The translations under genes were made by a program, and so were the position numbers. This document shows, piece by piece, positions 12,601-26,900 of a DNA stretch of 64,000 nt. Each line of letters opens with the position of its first letter. Within the stretch, counting starts at the first letter, position 1. The stretch is taken from assembly GCA_050084985.1 (NCBI GenBank), contig JBITNC010000001.1, forward strand, positions 136,090,001 to 136,154,000, in the 5' to 3' direction. The notes below the pieces were generated by a model that was not told the DNA's origin, did not search any database, and saw only the letters and a list, made by a program, of their open reading frames with translations. Source of the DNA: Nageia nagi. Lineage: Eukaryota; Plantae; Pinophyta.

Positions 12601-14003
12601 TGTTAAAGGGATTGAGAGATAGCTACATATCTTTTATTCCTTACCTAGGAGAAGTCAATTATATTTAGATTGAGCTTATCAAAGAGAGATGATATTGATG
12701 TGCAAACTCCATGCATAACAGTAGCAAGAAGATCAGCATGAATGTCTATGGAAGCACAAGCACTAGGTCCCAAAATAGTAGCATGAGTGCTAGAGTTTCA
12801 TTTGAGTGAGATTCTCCACCAAGGATCAATGATAAATGTTGACAAGTTGGACCAAATATATAATTATGAAATATGAAATGATAGATATGCTTGAGTGATA
12901 ACAAGATCCCAATCTCAATACATGGCATTGAGAAATACCTAAAAGTAGGTACCTTGCACAAATAAAGAAAAGATTACATGAGAGGTTTCTTAAGTGGGAA
13001 AACATAACATATATGATATAATATGATATTAATATAATGAAATTACATAATATTAGCATTATAAAATACCTAAGAGGGGATCAACTTATGTGGACCAAAA
13101 TTAGGTATCAATAGTAACACTCAATTCCCTATTCATGGATAAAAATCATCATAATAAAATTGAGCATCCCATTAATAGACTCATATATAGCATTTCATCA
13201 TAAATGATATAGTAATTAAGATCAAATATTAAATTAGCATAATATGCATAGATCATCATAAAAGCACCAAATATCATATTCACAGAGATAAATCATCATA
13301 AAAATACCCAATTCCCCATTCATGGATGCATACATATGATCATAAGAAAAGAACTCATAGATATGTTTAGTTTAAAACTAACCAACAAAGGTGATCATAA
13401 ACACATGATAATCACAACATCATGGAGGAAAAAATATGCCCTATTCATGGGTGAAAATATATGGTCATAAAGAGTCATCATAGTGATGGTTTGATTAAAT
13501 CCAACCAATAAATGTGATCATAAAGCCAATCATAGTGTTGGTTAGTTCAAACCTAACCAACAAGGGCTATAAAATCATACCCTAGTGTGAATGATAGAAG
13601 AAGAAGGTGGTTAGCTATACCCCAACCAACAAAGGGATACCTAACCCAAAGGGTTTTCATATTTCAATATATGGGATTTTGTCAATGTCTTCCCAATAAA
13701 GACATAAAGATGATAAATGCTCAACCCAAAGGGTTATCATATTCCACTATATATAATTTTTTGAATTTCTTCCTAATAAATACATTCATAAATCAAAACC
13801 AATTAATGTGATAAAGGAACAGCCCAAAGGGTTGTCATATAAATAAAAAAAGGTTATAAATCCATAAGAATGATGTTTATTTAACATCCACCCAACAAGG
13901 GCATACATTATTTCCAAATAACACATGATATCATATTTTCCAAATAGTTTTCATAATGCAAGCATTTTAACCAAATATGCATTTAACATAAGTAAGAATA
14001 TGA
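6692..14003 (-). mobile_element. Non-autonomous Tat-like gypsy element B1, copy 1 (3' LTR 6692-7534 plus 3' internal region; truncated; interrupted by 7878-13113)
   Basis: LTR TGTTGAAT...GGTATCAATA followed by a reverse-complement PPT-like tract; matches 25156-27192. Confidence 0.8.
7878..13113 (-). mobile_element. Non-autonomous Tat-like gypsy LTR element B2, complete, nested; LTRs 7878-8671 and 12444-13113
   Basis: TSD GTAAC at 7873-7877 and 13114-13118; empty site present in the paralog (~26301 GGTAACACTTAATTCC). PPT rc GATACCCCCCTTT at 8672. PBS rc GTGGGCATCA at 12431, a decayed TGGCGCCCAC (tRNA-Lys type). Gag remnant with WYKENN.YLYHQVNGHCSNVC knuckle (ORF 10461-10730). No RT or integrase seen. 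Confidence 0.9.
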
Positions 14004-17000
14004 TTTGAGTGGCATCATCCAAATTAAACCATTATCATCCTATTAAGGATAAATAATAATGATACCTAAATGACTAACTTCCTAGACCTATGGATCATTT
14101 TACAAAAAATGAAAATAACAAAGAACTAACCTAAAATATCCTCATCATCCTTGAAAAATTCCTCTCTAAAATTGGCTTGATGTCACAAGAGCCATGATGT
14201 GAACCTTTTCTTACTAGATTTTGGAAACTCACTTCTTGCCCCCAATATCTCAAAAATAGAATCACCATTTTGAAATACATCCACTTGTACCAGGGCATTG
14301 TGTGGAAACAATAGGTTTTCATAGTAAGGATGTAATTACTCAATAGAACTATGCATCATACTATAATGCAACCATTCATCAAAGGTATCCCTAGTGTTGT
14401 CTTGATCATTGATATCAACATATTATATGATTGGAATTGAAGCTAATTCTATGGGTGTTAAAGGATCATATCCAATACTAGATTTTATCTTATATTAACC
14501 TTTATTTGTAATGGGCTCTATAATACCTTTCTTATTTTTACCTAATCCTTTACCACCATATTAATATTTGTGCACATATTGGTTACCAAAAGTAGAATCA
14601 ATATTGTTTAAATGCATACTTACTTGATTTGATGGAGTTTGAGAAAAGGAAGCAAAATATTCATTATAATATAGGATTTTTGTTCTTTTTCATGATCAAT
14701 CATACTCACATATATAATAGGATCCTATCTTTTTTCAAGAATGGAGCAATGGCACTCAGATTCTTCCTTGTCTAGGTGGCATCATTGGGTTTTAGGAGCA
14801 TATAGGGGGCATCCAAGTTTTCTAAAACTTTATCATAGATCAATCTATAGAATTTTGTATGAACTAATACTTACCTCTTATGGAATGATTTTGTTGATAG
14901 GGTTTGTTATGTCTTCCTCATTATCAACCAAATCATGTAGGATACAAAAGTGCTTAATTGCTTGGCATATATTTGTATAGTTATATTTTGCATGAAATGT
15001 AACTTATTTTACATAATGCATGAACTTAATTGACCAATGCAATGTGTATGTAACAAATCTAAGTTTATGAATCCATGATCTACCAAGTAAAGAGTTATAT
15101 GATAATTTCACTTGAAAAATTTTTGATGTATACATTTACCTCCTACTTCTATAGGCATAGTAACATAACCAATGCATTCCTTCTTAGTATTATCAAATAC
15201 TTTTATATGAATGGTAGTTCTCTTCATTTTTTCATAAATTGAAGGAAAGTAATTTTGTAATAACTCAACTAAAAAAATATTAACATTAGAACTAATTTAA
15301 ATCAATGCTTTTGTATAAGGATACCATTAACATTAATATGAATATACAATCCTAAATTCTTTTTAATGATATCCTCACTAAGAAATTCACTATCTTAAAA
15401 ATAAAGAATGATACAAGCCAAATCTATATCAAGATTAACTACTAATTCTATAAATTTAGCAATAAGAACATCCACATCTCCATTCTTTTTAAGTACATCA
15501 AATAAAATATTTCTCTGATATATTAATAATTGCAAAAGTTTGAAAATACATATCTTGGCATAAGTTACCTTTAAATATTCAAGGAGTTGTTGTGTACCTA
15601 AATTGCATAGGATCTTTATTCTTTCTATTATTTCTAGGTGGAAATTCCCTCTAAGACTTCGTGTCCTAGTAGTGCTACATAGTTCCTCATTGACAATGAC
15701 ATTCATTGTGAGAGGTTCTGTTTCTTCTAAATCCACTACACATACTTCAAATTGTATTTTCATGCTATCTAGTAATTTCTTTAATTGTTTCCCTAGTATC
15801 ATGCAAGCATTAGTTTTGTGACCTTCAAATTTATGATATTCATAATATTTTACTTCATTGTACCAACTAGGTTTATCATCATGAGGACTTATCTCTTCTA
15901 TTGGATCAAGTTTTATCAATCTCGTTTGTAGAAAATCTTTGAACATAATGGCAAGAGCTAACAATAATCATGTATTTTTCTTGAAATTTTGCTTTGCTTG
16001 ACTCTTTTTTTTCTCTTTAGTTTTGGTTTCCTCTATGGAATTAACCTCTTTATATTCCTTTTTCTTATACCTCCCTCCTTTTATCTCTTTGGTGGGATTT
16101 CCATATTTCAATTCATCCATGTCAACTAAGTATTTCTCTTTTTATGTTATCCTATGCATAATTTTAGTGAATGAAAGCGTCATGTAATCCAAGGCTATGA
16201 TATTTAACTTAGGATGGATGTTATAGATAAATATTGATGTGACATGTGATTTAGATAATGGTTATTATGTCATGCTCCATATATTTTAAAACCTTTATGT
16301 AAATTTATCAAATATTTCATTTAGAACTTGAATAGCTTTTACTAAATTTGAAACTATCACTTGCCTAGGAGCACAATATTTGAAATGCATGTACAAGTTA
16401 AAAATAAGTTATGCATGGCAATTAATGGACTTAGTAGGAAAAGAGAAATACCAATTTAGAGCATCACCCTAGAATGTAGTTGGAAAATATTTTATCATCA
16501 AATTCTAATCCATTCCAAACATCAATTCAAGTTTCATCTCAAAATCCTTGATGTGAACCATGGGATCCCCCTCACCCTAATATGTATTGAAAGTAGAATC
16601 CTCTTGAATACTTGGTACCATAGTGTTGCAAATTTCATCACATAGTGCATTTGAATCTCTAGAGCTAGTGATATGAGTTCCAATTGATCGATTCTTGCCC
16701 TAATATTGGATCCTTCACTTCTATCATAATTTTCATAAAGAATATTTTTTAAGTTAGATTTGGTTGCTCATCAAATCAACTAACCATGGTAAGAAACTCA
16801 ACTAGTTCCATATTTGAAACACTTGAAATATAATATCAATCCTTTCCAAAAACCCTAGGGTTTTTGGCACTAATAGTGAAGGATAAAGTGATGTGTCAAA
16901 AAGAGATCAAGTTCACCAATTGTTATAATTGAAATAATTATTATGATTATTTAATCATATTCAATTTAACCAACTAATCACAAATAGTAGTAAATAGTAA

Positions 17001-18364
17001 TAACATGAATGATGATAATGATTCGATTAACCTGATTGACCTTGACCTATCAAATTGGATTAATGAAACATAAAAACTTGTACTTTAGTTATCATGATGA
17101 ATAAAAGAGATATTCAACTGACAGGGGATGAATGATGAGCTTCTTCAAAATATGGATCTACCAAATCTATCTCAACCCAATAATGATGCTAGAATCCCAA
17201 TGATGTTGCCTAGCTACCTTTCTAATTTGCCTTTCCCTTTTGCTCAATGTCATCATCACACCTTTGATGCTTGAAATATCATATGTAAAAAGCTTAGGAA
17301 GATCATAGGCATGTAGAGCTCAATGTATAAAAAAATCTAGATATGATAGGTGGCATTGAGAAACACCAATCAAGAATGACACAAGTATTTTAGATGATTA
17401 AAAATAATTTATTATTTATTAATAAATTATATTTTAAAGTATCTATAATATCAAGACTAATGTGCTAATTAAATGCTAAACATATGCTAATCAATACAAA
17501 TATCTCTTAATGTTTTTTATATCTAGAATTATCTTGAGAATATTAATAATATTGCATGTTATTCTATAATTCTATTAAAATAATTATTATTCTAAAGTTG
17601 GCTCTCACTCTCTCTTTTGTCCTTGTAGGTATAAAAGGAGATGCACAACACAATAACCTATATCAAATCTCTTTGATAGGTGGTTTTACCATATATCATA
17701 CTTATGATATCTCTTAATGTCACATATTGGAAGATCTATTTTGCTTTGAGTTATTATTATATTATTCTTTTGTAAATGATATAATTTTATAGGTTTCTTG
17801 GCCTCCATGTCATACAGTTTGTACATCACTCATGACATCCATATTCACAATTCAAAGAAATAAACAAAGGAGGTGATGAATATACATTGAGTACATTGAA
17901 TATCTTATGCATGCTCACCTTTGGTATGATCCAATCCTCCATATATCTCTTCCATACCTTTAGGATTATCTTATCATAATTAGGTGGACACTTTTCATTT
18001 ATTTATCTATATATTTGAATAAGTATCATCTTTGTAAAATTATATTATGTTTATATTATTATTTACATAATTTATTATCTATCAGAACCTATCAAGGATT
18101 CTAGATCATGTCATTATTTCTCGTGCACAACCCCTCCGCCTTTATAGATAGCAAGTCTAATGCCAAGGCTCCTCCTTAGGCTTATGGTGCACATGTGCTA
18201 AGAATCCTTCTGAGGATTATCTCCAAACTGACTTGTTATCTTAAAACATAAAGGTAGATAAGAGTGCATGATGATAAGAGAATTTATTTAATTAAATAAA
18301 TGAATTATTTCAAATACCCAAAAAGGTATTTTAATTAAATTAAAATTCCTTTTTAGGTATTAAC
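14004..18364 (-). mobile_element. Tat-like gypsy element D, 5' half (5' LTR ~16921-18364, PBS, gag, protease, G-patch), truncated before RT
   Basis: LTR TGTTATAATT...TTAGGTATTAACA; PBS reads TGGTGAACTTGAT on minus. ORF 15395-15964 has WYNEVKYYEYHKFEGHKTNAC. Protease-like YNSLLGRSWIHK at ~15065-15100. G-patch YGGKGLGKNKKGIIEPI at ~14510-14560. Colinear with 55.8-58.4 kb in opposite orientation. Confidence 0.85.
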
Positions 18365-21300
18365 ACAAGGTTAGAATAGCCAAATTACATAGTATTAGAG
18401 AGATTTTAAATATTTTAGAATGTATGATGAAGAATAAATTGAGGTATTTATGAATAGATATTAAAATATAGTCAATGGAATTCATTCACATGGTGAGTGT
18501 AGACTCTATATTGTGTAAAATATGAATATACATAATAAATAAAATGATCTACAATATAAGAATAATAGATATGTATACTATATTAGATATAAAAAAATAT
18601 ACATGAAATGCATGCACCTGATATGAAGTGTATGTATAATCTTTGAAAATAAATAGCAATGAATCTTTGAAGGATTTGGTTCATATTCATGGTGAGTTCA
18701 CAATGGATCTTTGTGTACATGAATCAACAACTCAACCATCAAAATTTAGAATCATTAATCTAGAACACACACCACTGATGGCCTTTGAGAAGCACATCAT
18801 TAATAGCATTTAATATGATGAATTATGGAGAGTACCAATGATAAAAAGTTTTAGAGCTCAAAGTATAACAATTTCTCATAATAGGTGGAATCGAGAGACT
18901 CTGTTACTTGATGAAGATAGCAGAGGACAACCACCTATCGGAGATCTTGTCATATCAAAGAGTTTTCATCTATAGAGATAAGCCTATTTCACTTGTATAT
19001 ATATCCTACAAGGACATAAAAAGGAGTGAAATCCAACCTCTATCAATAATATAAAACTTTTTTATATTCAAGATACTTTAAAATATAAACCATGATAATT
19101 GATATACCATTTAATATAACATATCGCATTGCATTGTAATATCAACTTTATCTTGACATATGTAATATTGCAATAAGTCATTTAAGAATTTTAAATATTA
19201 TTTATTAAATAAATAATAAATTATTTTTAGGCATCTACATTTTTCCCCTCTTTGGATATGGAATTAAAAAGCATTTGAAATTACATGATCCAAAGAAGTT
19301 TAGAGAAGAGAAGAAAATTTCCAATAGTAAAGTGGATTTTCCTTTTTTGATTGATATGTTGATTATGATATGCCTTCTTCCCCATTTTGATCTTGCATTG
19401 CCCCTTCTCTAGCTTCTTTAGAGAATCAAGCCAAAAATCAGAGTCCCTATATGAGGAGAGCATCTCTATTCAAATCCTACTCTCAAACAGTTCCTTTTTA
19501 AGAAAAATCCAACATAATACCCACATAGATCATATCTTGTTAAAGAATAATCAATTAAAAGAGCAAGAATGAAATAAATATGATATTCATTATGTCCTTC
19601 TGGTCGATGTGAATCATAGCTCTATTTAACCATGATATTTAGACTATTGTTGTTGCAACTCACAGTCTATGAAGATTAAGCTAATGAGGTCATTTTTAAT
19701 ATCCTAAGCTTGGAATAACCATGATTATCAAGTTGATGAGGTCCTTTGATGCCCCATGCTTGGAATAACCTTCAATTTATAAGAGATTTGGCTCATGGAG
19801 TGACCATGGCTTTGAAAATATTTGGTAGAATAACATTGAATTTTAATTGAGGTAATATCATTTGATTTACATAAAAATACTAAATATTCAAATATTTATT
19901 ATCCTTACATATCAATATTGCATATTTGATCACAATCAATTGCTTGATTCCATTGATTTTCAAAGTAAACCTATGTCATTGACAACATTAATTTCATAGA
20001 ATTTGGCAATCATGTCTTTTGCAATTTTGTCCAGCTTTTCCATTATAGTGCATATTTGTGAAATAATGACATTTTCAAATAGATATTCAAGGATTTATAG
20101 CATACCCAATTTTTAATAGATTTATTATAGACACATGTTATTAATAGCATGAAAATAGTAATATCAAGTTTGTAATCTTGAACCATAGTCAATTAACAGT
20201 AATTTATATCATTTTGCATCATAAAAATCATTAAAAAACATTTTTTCATATCATAATATTTTCCACATAAGCACTATTTTAACCCATTTTGACCCTATAT
20301 ATCTTTGGTATATGTATTAGTCATATAAGTATGATATAGTCATTTTGATATTTTAAAACCATGATAGCATTTATGATATTTGAAAGTATCCATAATTTTT
20401 ATTTAATCACACTATTAATAGTGTAAAAATAACAAAATTGATCATTCAAAAAAATAGCATATTCAAGTAGCATTAAGAAATTGTATTGTAGATATTAAAT
20501 ATTCTATTAGCATGTTTCTATTCAAAGCAATGTTGCTATGTTATACTAGATTTTTAGAGATACAATGGCCTTGAACTTTCATATTTCATTAGTAAAACAT
20601 GCATTATTTTGAAATAGCATTCATAATAATAACATATGTAATGTTCACTTTTCATACTAGATATTTAAAGAAGTAATAGTGGTATTAATTCATTAATTAC
20701 AATAGATTTGCAATGAATATCATAAACATGATCATAACATAGCTTGATACCAATATCAAAATGTTTGAGATGATATACTTGCATACCCTATGAATGGGAA
20801 ATTTTGCACTTTATGATTTTGAATTTTGAATGTTTACATTCTATTTTTTAACATGTGATTTCTATCATACCTCTAGCTGAAACTGAAATGCTCCCTAGCT
20901 AAAAATTATATTTCCCCTAGTTGAAACTAATACTTCCCCCAACTGAGACTAATACACTTTTTCTTGATTTCTATTATTTATTTTTATTTTTTATTTTTTT
21001 ATGAAATGCAACTAATATGGGATGCAGTAACTAGACACAAGACTACCTTATACATGAGTCATTTAGTTAGCATGGTAAATTGGACAATCTTGATGAGAGA
21101 TAGACACAAGAAAAATATTTGATGAAAGAAGAGCACTTGATGAAATGATGAGGATGAAAAGATGCAAAAAGAAATGAAGAAATAATAGAACATGATAGAA
21201 AATATGAAGATAGAATGATTAAAAACTTGATAACATTTGCCATGGTAACCAAATACATGCATGAGACTAACTCAAATGATATGCAACCTATATGAAATGC

Positions 21301-23930
21301 ATCTTATATGATGCAAAATTAGAGACTTTTGTACATTATAGGTTGATGAAATCACTATCATATTTAGTACATTTTCAATGAGAATTTAAATTTCTTTGTT
21401 TAAATTATCCACTGCATTTTCCACACCTTGAGCTACTACTCTTTCAATAAGATCAATAGATTCAAGTTGTACTAATGGAGTAAATGTGTTGAATATTCCT
21501 ATTTGTAAAAACATATTAAGGATTTCAATATTAAACTGATACTTTTCAAAAGGAAAATCTTTTTGCTTTATATATTCTTATAGCTAAATCTCAGTTGGAT
21601 CTAACTAAATTGAAACTATCCATGTACTTTGCTTATCAAATTTTTTATTTTCTCCCTTTGATGGTGGATCAAATTTTATGATATGGGCACCCTATTTAGG
21701 TTTTTATAGAATGTGGTCATCTTGTATTTTCAAAATTTTCTAAGATATTACTTTTTGCCAACACTATTTTTGCTTTAATTATTGAGGTTGAGTTTGAATT
21801 TAAGGTTTAGGTTGTGGTTTTTTACTATATTATTTCTTTTGTATTTCATCTTTATCAAATTTTTGCATACAATATTTCCTTGCATATGGATCGACTAATA
21901 AAGTATCTAGTTATTTTCTTATAAATGCATGATATTTTTCCTTCAAATCAAGATCAATATAAATTCCTAACATCAAAGAAGGATTGGCTAACATAAGCTC
22001 TTTAAATATTTTGAGTTGATCTTGAGATGTCAAATTTTCAAATGCAATATCATATATTTCATATTTATCAATAGCTTCAAGGTTTAAATATGCATCATAA
22101 TCAATTTTAGCAATATAATCATTATGAGAATCATTAGTATTAGTATCATTATCATGTACTTGATTTTCTATAATTGATATATAATTTTGCACATCATCAT
22201 CATTTACAATAGTTACGCATAAATTTGATAAACTCATTTCATCATAAGATTTTTTTCTATTGCTATTTTACACAACATCCATATCCTTAAGAATTTCTTG
22301 TTTAGAAGAAGGTGCAAATAAATCACTTATCATATTCTAATATTTAATAAAACCACATGTTGTCGTAGTATCCATGCTAAAATGCAAGATCTAAATCTTT
22401 ACATAAAACTTTAAGAAATATGACAAAATAAGCAATTTTACACCATGCAAGATTAAAAACAAGTTGCTAACATGTATATATATGATGTGGGACAAATTTT
22501 ATAAGGCTAAAAATTTCAAAATTTAAGAAAATAACCTTCAAAATATAGTTTTTAATACAAAAAAATTTTATTTGACAATCTCAAGAAATCTTGACAAAAG
22601 TGCATGCAATAAGCCAAAATTAATCTCAAAAAATTACCTACTATGATGACCTATGGTTTTGGCAAGTTTTTATCATGAAACAAGTCAACAAATAGTTATA
22701 AAATATTTTCAACATTTATGATTTTTCAATGTGACATTTTCTACAAAAACATTTCTCAAAATAAACCAAAATCTACAAATCTAGACCTAGAAAATTAGAA
22801 AAACATTTCAATTATATTTATCTATAGTTTGGATAAATTTTTCTAATGCTATATCTCACCAAATTGAATAAAATGACCTACAAAAATTGGTATTTTATAG
22901 TGATGTTTTTTAGGAAATTTGTTTTTTCAAAGCAATATACATGAAACGCATGCACCTAATATGAAGTATATTTAAATCCTCAAAAGAAAATAGCAATGAA
23001 TCTCCAAAGGATCGGGATTAGATTCATGGTGAATTCATAATGGATATTTATGTATAGGAATCAATAGCTCAACCACCAAAATCTAGAACCCTCAATCTAC
23101 AAGACACATGTGGTTGACGATCTTAGAGAAGCACATCATTAACAACATTGAATATGATGAATTATGGAGAGTGCCAATGATAGGAAGTTTCAGATCTTAG
23201 ACTATAAAAAGTTCTCATAATATATGGTGTCAAGAGACACTATTTCTCAATTAAGATAGCAAAATACAACCACCTATCAAAGATATTGTCATATCAAAAA
23301 GTCCTAATCTATGGAGGTTAGCCTATTGCACTCACATATATAGCCTGTAAGAACATAAAAAGGAGTGAAAGTTGATCTCTAGCAATAATATAAAATTATT
23401 ATATTCAAGATACTTTAAAATATAAACCATGATAAATGATATATAATTTAATATAACACATGGTATTGCATTGTAATATCAAAGCATCTATAGTGAGGAA
23501 CTCGATGATACCTAGATCATAGAGACGATTCTCAGAAGCCTTCCCCATAAGTTTGATCCTATCATCATTACCATTAAGGAGTTTAAGGATTTAACATAGC
23601 TCTCTCTAGTTTAGTTTCTTGTAAGCTTGCATACCTATGAGTATAGGATCAGATACCATTCTAATGACCTTGATCAAGAATTACAAGGTAAACTCAGGAT
23701 GAATAACCAACCTTTCACTTGTTCTAGTTCAAACTATTGTTTGAGAGGTTATGGTGGTAGCAGTTGTAGACAAGGAATTCATGGTAGAGGAAGAGGTTAG
23801 TTAACTGGTAGAAGCTAGAGCTTATCCATATAAAATTCATAGACATCTTCACCAAAGCATTATTAAATAATCAATTTCTCAATTTTCAAATTTATCTTAG
23901 AATTCAACCCCTTCACATTAAGGGGAATAA
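18365..23930 (+). pseudogene. Ty1/copia gag + RNase H-end remnant, copy 2, split by the insertion at 18498-23492
   Basis: ...NGIHSHGE|EELDDT..LRSLPHKFDPI continues across the insertion; IDIFTKAL...LHIKG and PPT at ~23840-23930. Confidence 0.8.
18498..23492 (-). mobile_element. Non-autonomous LTR retroelement C; LTRs 18498-19239 and ~22935-23492 (second LTR partly deleted)
   Basis: TSD GTGAG at 18493-18497 and 23493-23497. Termini TGTAGA...GCATCTACA / GCATCTATA. rc-PPT TTTTTCCCCTCT at 19240. Clear LTR-LTR similarity (ACATGAAA.GCATGCACCT.ATATGAAGT...). No pol motifs found. Confidence 0.88.
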
Positions 23931-26900
23931 TGAAGGAAATTTATGTTCCATAGTTTGAGTTCCATTTTTAGATGCACTTCTTGTATATCTCCTACTAATT
24001 ATTACTGCATTATGAACTTCACCCATTGGTATTTATTTCAATTATAGGCCTATAGTTGAGATCTTAATGTTCATAATCTAACATCTTTACAATTTGATCT
24101 TCTATAATAGTAGAGTCATGGATGGCCATACCTTCTATCAAACAACTTTTATGCTTTTTTCTAATTCTCTTAGTGGACTATGATCCTTTATATTTCTGAT
24201 TCTCAAACACTCCACTTGACTTTTATAAAGAGGGACATCATTTTCCATTATAAAATAATGCTTCTATTATAAAATTATTTTTTCTTTTTATGAAATCATA
24301 ATGTAAAGCAATCATTTTTCTCTATAACTTTATTTTTCATTCTTTCATACATGTTTAGAGACTATTTATAAGTACAACTCTTCATGTAGATAGCTTGAAG
24401 TTATTTTAAGGTATTATCTACACTTAATATTTATGTTCTATCTATTAGGTATCAATCATATTCTTATTTTGTACTTTCATTCATGAGATATCAATGTTTG
24501 TTTACTTGTTGCTTGTATTGGATCTCAGACAAGTCTAAACATGTAAATTTTTTATTTAGATATTCATCCTTATGATTTTCATTTCTAGAATCACATTCAA
24601 ACCCTGATCTCCTTCCTTGTACTCATCAAATCTATCATTTTGACTCCATATTCATTCAATACCCTTAACTTCAATACTAGGCATATTTCAAGGTTATAGG
24701 GTTATTTCCTTACTTGTCAGGTACCTTTCATGCTTTGTTGATGCCTCCTCAAACTTGTGTTAATTTCATCACTCTTAATCACTTGATATTTATTATATTT
24801 TACCATTCCTTGGTTCAAACCTTATCTCATTGATATCATCATCATTCACCTAGGTCTTACCATCTTCACACCCTTCTCCTACCTTATCAAACTTTATAGG
24901 CCCTCACTGGTTCTTTGTCATACTTTTTCATGTAATGTCATACCTTAATTTGTTATGTTGTAATTCTATAAGCCTTCTAGTGACATCATCATTATTCTTA
25001 TGTAGCACTTAGTTTTTCTTGCATTTTTCCACATTCTAGTAACCCTATTACTAGCATCACCACTCCAAAAGTGTGGTAGAATGATCTTACTCTCTTTGTT
25101 GTATTTTTGGAAAACTTGTACTAACATCATCACTTTCACTATCTAGCATTCATTGTGTTGAATGTTTTCATTGAGAACTATGATAACCTTAGTGGAAACT
25201 ATTCTAAACATTCACATATGATAATATGTAATAATATAAAAATAACCAAATAATAGGGAATACAATAATTTGAAATACTTGAATAATGAAATAATGTATA
25301 AATGAAGTATTAAGCTTATTAGATCATATATAAAACCAAATAAATATAATTAGATAAGATATTTTAAAGAGATAAATACCTATGACCTTATCTAGATTTT
25401 GAAGAGCTATATAGACAGTAGCTTTTCATGAATTGGTGATCTTGATGTGTGAACTCCACACCAACAACAGATGAGAACACTAGTGCAGATGTGTACAATA
25501 ATGCAAACATTGAGCTTAGAAATAGTAGTGCTAACACTAAATAAAATATGGGTGTTAATATTCCAAATGATAAGCCTAATATATCATATAATAGTGAATA
25601 AAAAGAATGATAGTGCTCATGTGATAATCACATATATATCCTAATAGGTGGTGTTGAAGAACACCTTGGAATATAATAAGCATAGGAATATTAGGAAGAT
25701 ATATGATGATGAATCAATGTGAGGTCTTCCCCCTTTTATAGGAAAGTGTAATCCTCCATAGAAATCCTTTAGGCTAGTGCCAATGTTGGGTTACCTACAA
25801 GAATATAAAGACATCACATGAGTAATATTTCATAACAAGCCAACATAACATATAATCATATAAATAATATAGTATAAAATTGATATAATAAAATACTTAA
25901 TAACATGATAAAATAACTAAGTGGGACTACCTTAGGTGTACCAAAATTAGGCGTCAATAATTTCCCCCCTTCACAAGCATAATGAGAATGAAATCATCCT
26001 AGAATGAAATTATGCTTACAAAGGAAGTAGATAAGAAAGAGAACAAAATTTTGCTACTTCTCTAGTTTAGCTATAAAACTATTTGATCAACTAGGATTGA
26101 TGATATATGTTGCCTCCTCTTTACCTTGTTTTTAATGTGGAATGATTATCCATATAATAAGAACAATGAATAGCAAATATTGACCTAAAAAAGGAGAGAG
26201 AAAACAAAACCTTCCTATATATATATGATGATGATAAACTCCAAAATATATATCAATGATAATGAGAGAAATAATCATTATAAGTGTATGATATCTTTAT
26301 GGTAACACTTAATTCCTTATTCATGGATACAAATCATCATAGTAGAACCAAGCATCCCATTAATGGACTCATACATAATATTTCATCATAAATGATATAG
26401 CAACAAATAGTAAGGAAAAATTTACCATAATATGCATACAACATCATGAAAGCACCAAATATACTATTCATAGAGATAAATCATCATATAAATGCATAAT
26501 GCCTCATTCATGGATGCACACATATGATCGTAATAAAATCACTCATAGATATGGTTAGTTTAAACCCAACCAACAAAGGTGATCATAAACACATGATGAT
26601 CACACCATCATGGAGGTAAAAATATGCCCCATTCATGGGTGCAAACATAAGGCCATAAAGAGTCATTATAGTAATGGTTAGGTTAAACCCAACCAACAAA
26701 GGTGATCATAAAGCCAATCATAGTGGTTGTTAGTTCAAACCCACCAACAAAGGTTATCAAATCATGCCCCAATGTGAATGTCAATAGAATAAAGTGGTTA
26801 GTTCTACCCAAATCAACAAATTAATGCCCAACTCAAAGGGTTTTCATATTTTAATATATGGTATTTTATCAATGTATTCCTAGTAAAGGCATAAAGATGA

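Larger units (their letters stand above)
4734..14003. repeat. Segmental duplication, copy 1 (paralog of ~18329-27192)
   Basis: Colinear similarity through LTR end, copia gag/RH remnant, spacer, the same flank/LTR junction (AGCATTCATT[A/G]TGTTGAAT at 6681 and 25145) and the internal region, ending at AAGAATATGAT (~14003 and ~27192). Confidence 0.85.

Noticed and set aside
13370-13640. Conserved repeat with variable spacers, superficially CRISPR-like
   Set aside because: Eukaryotic retroelement context, irregular spacing, degenerate repeats, no cas genes.
21911-22237. 108-aa acidic ORF as a host gene
   Set aside because: Lies inside LTR element C at the position where a gag-like remnant would be; AT-biased low complexity.
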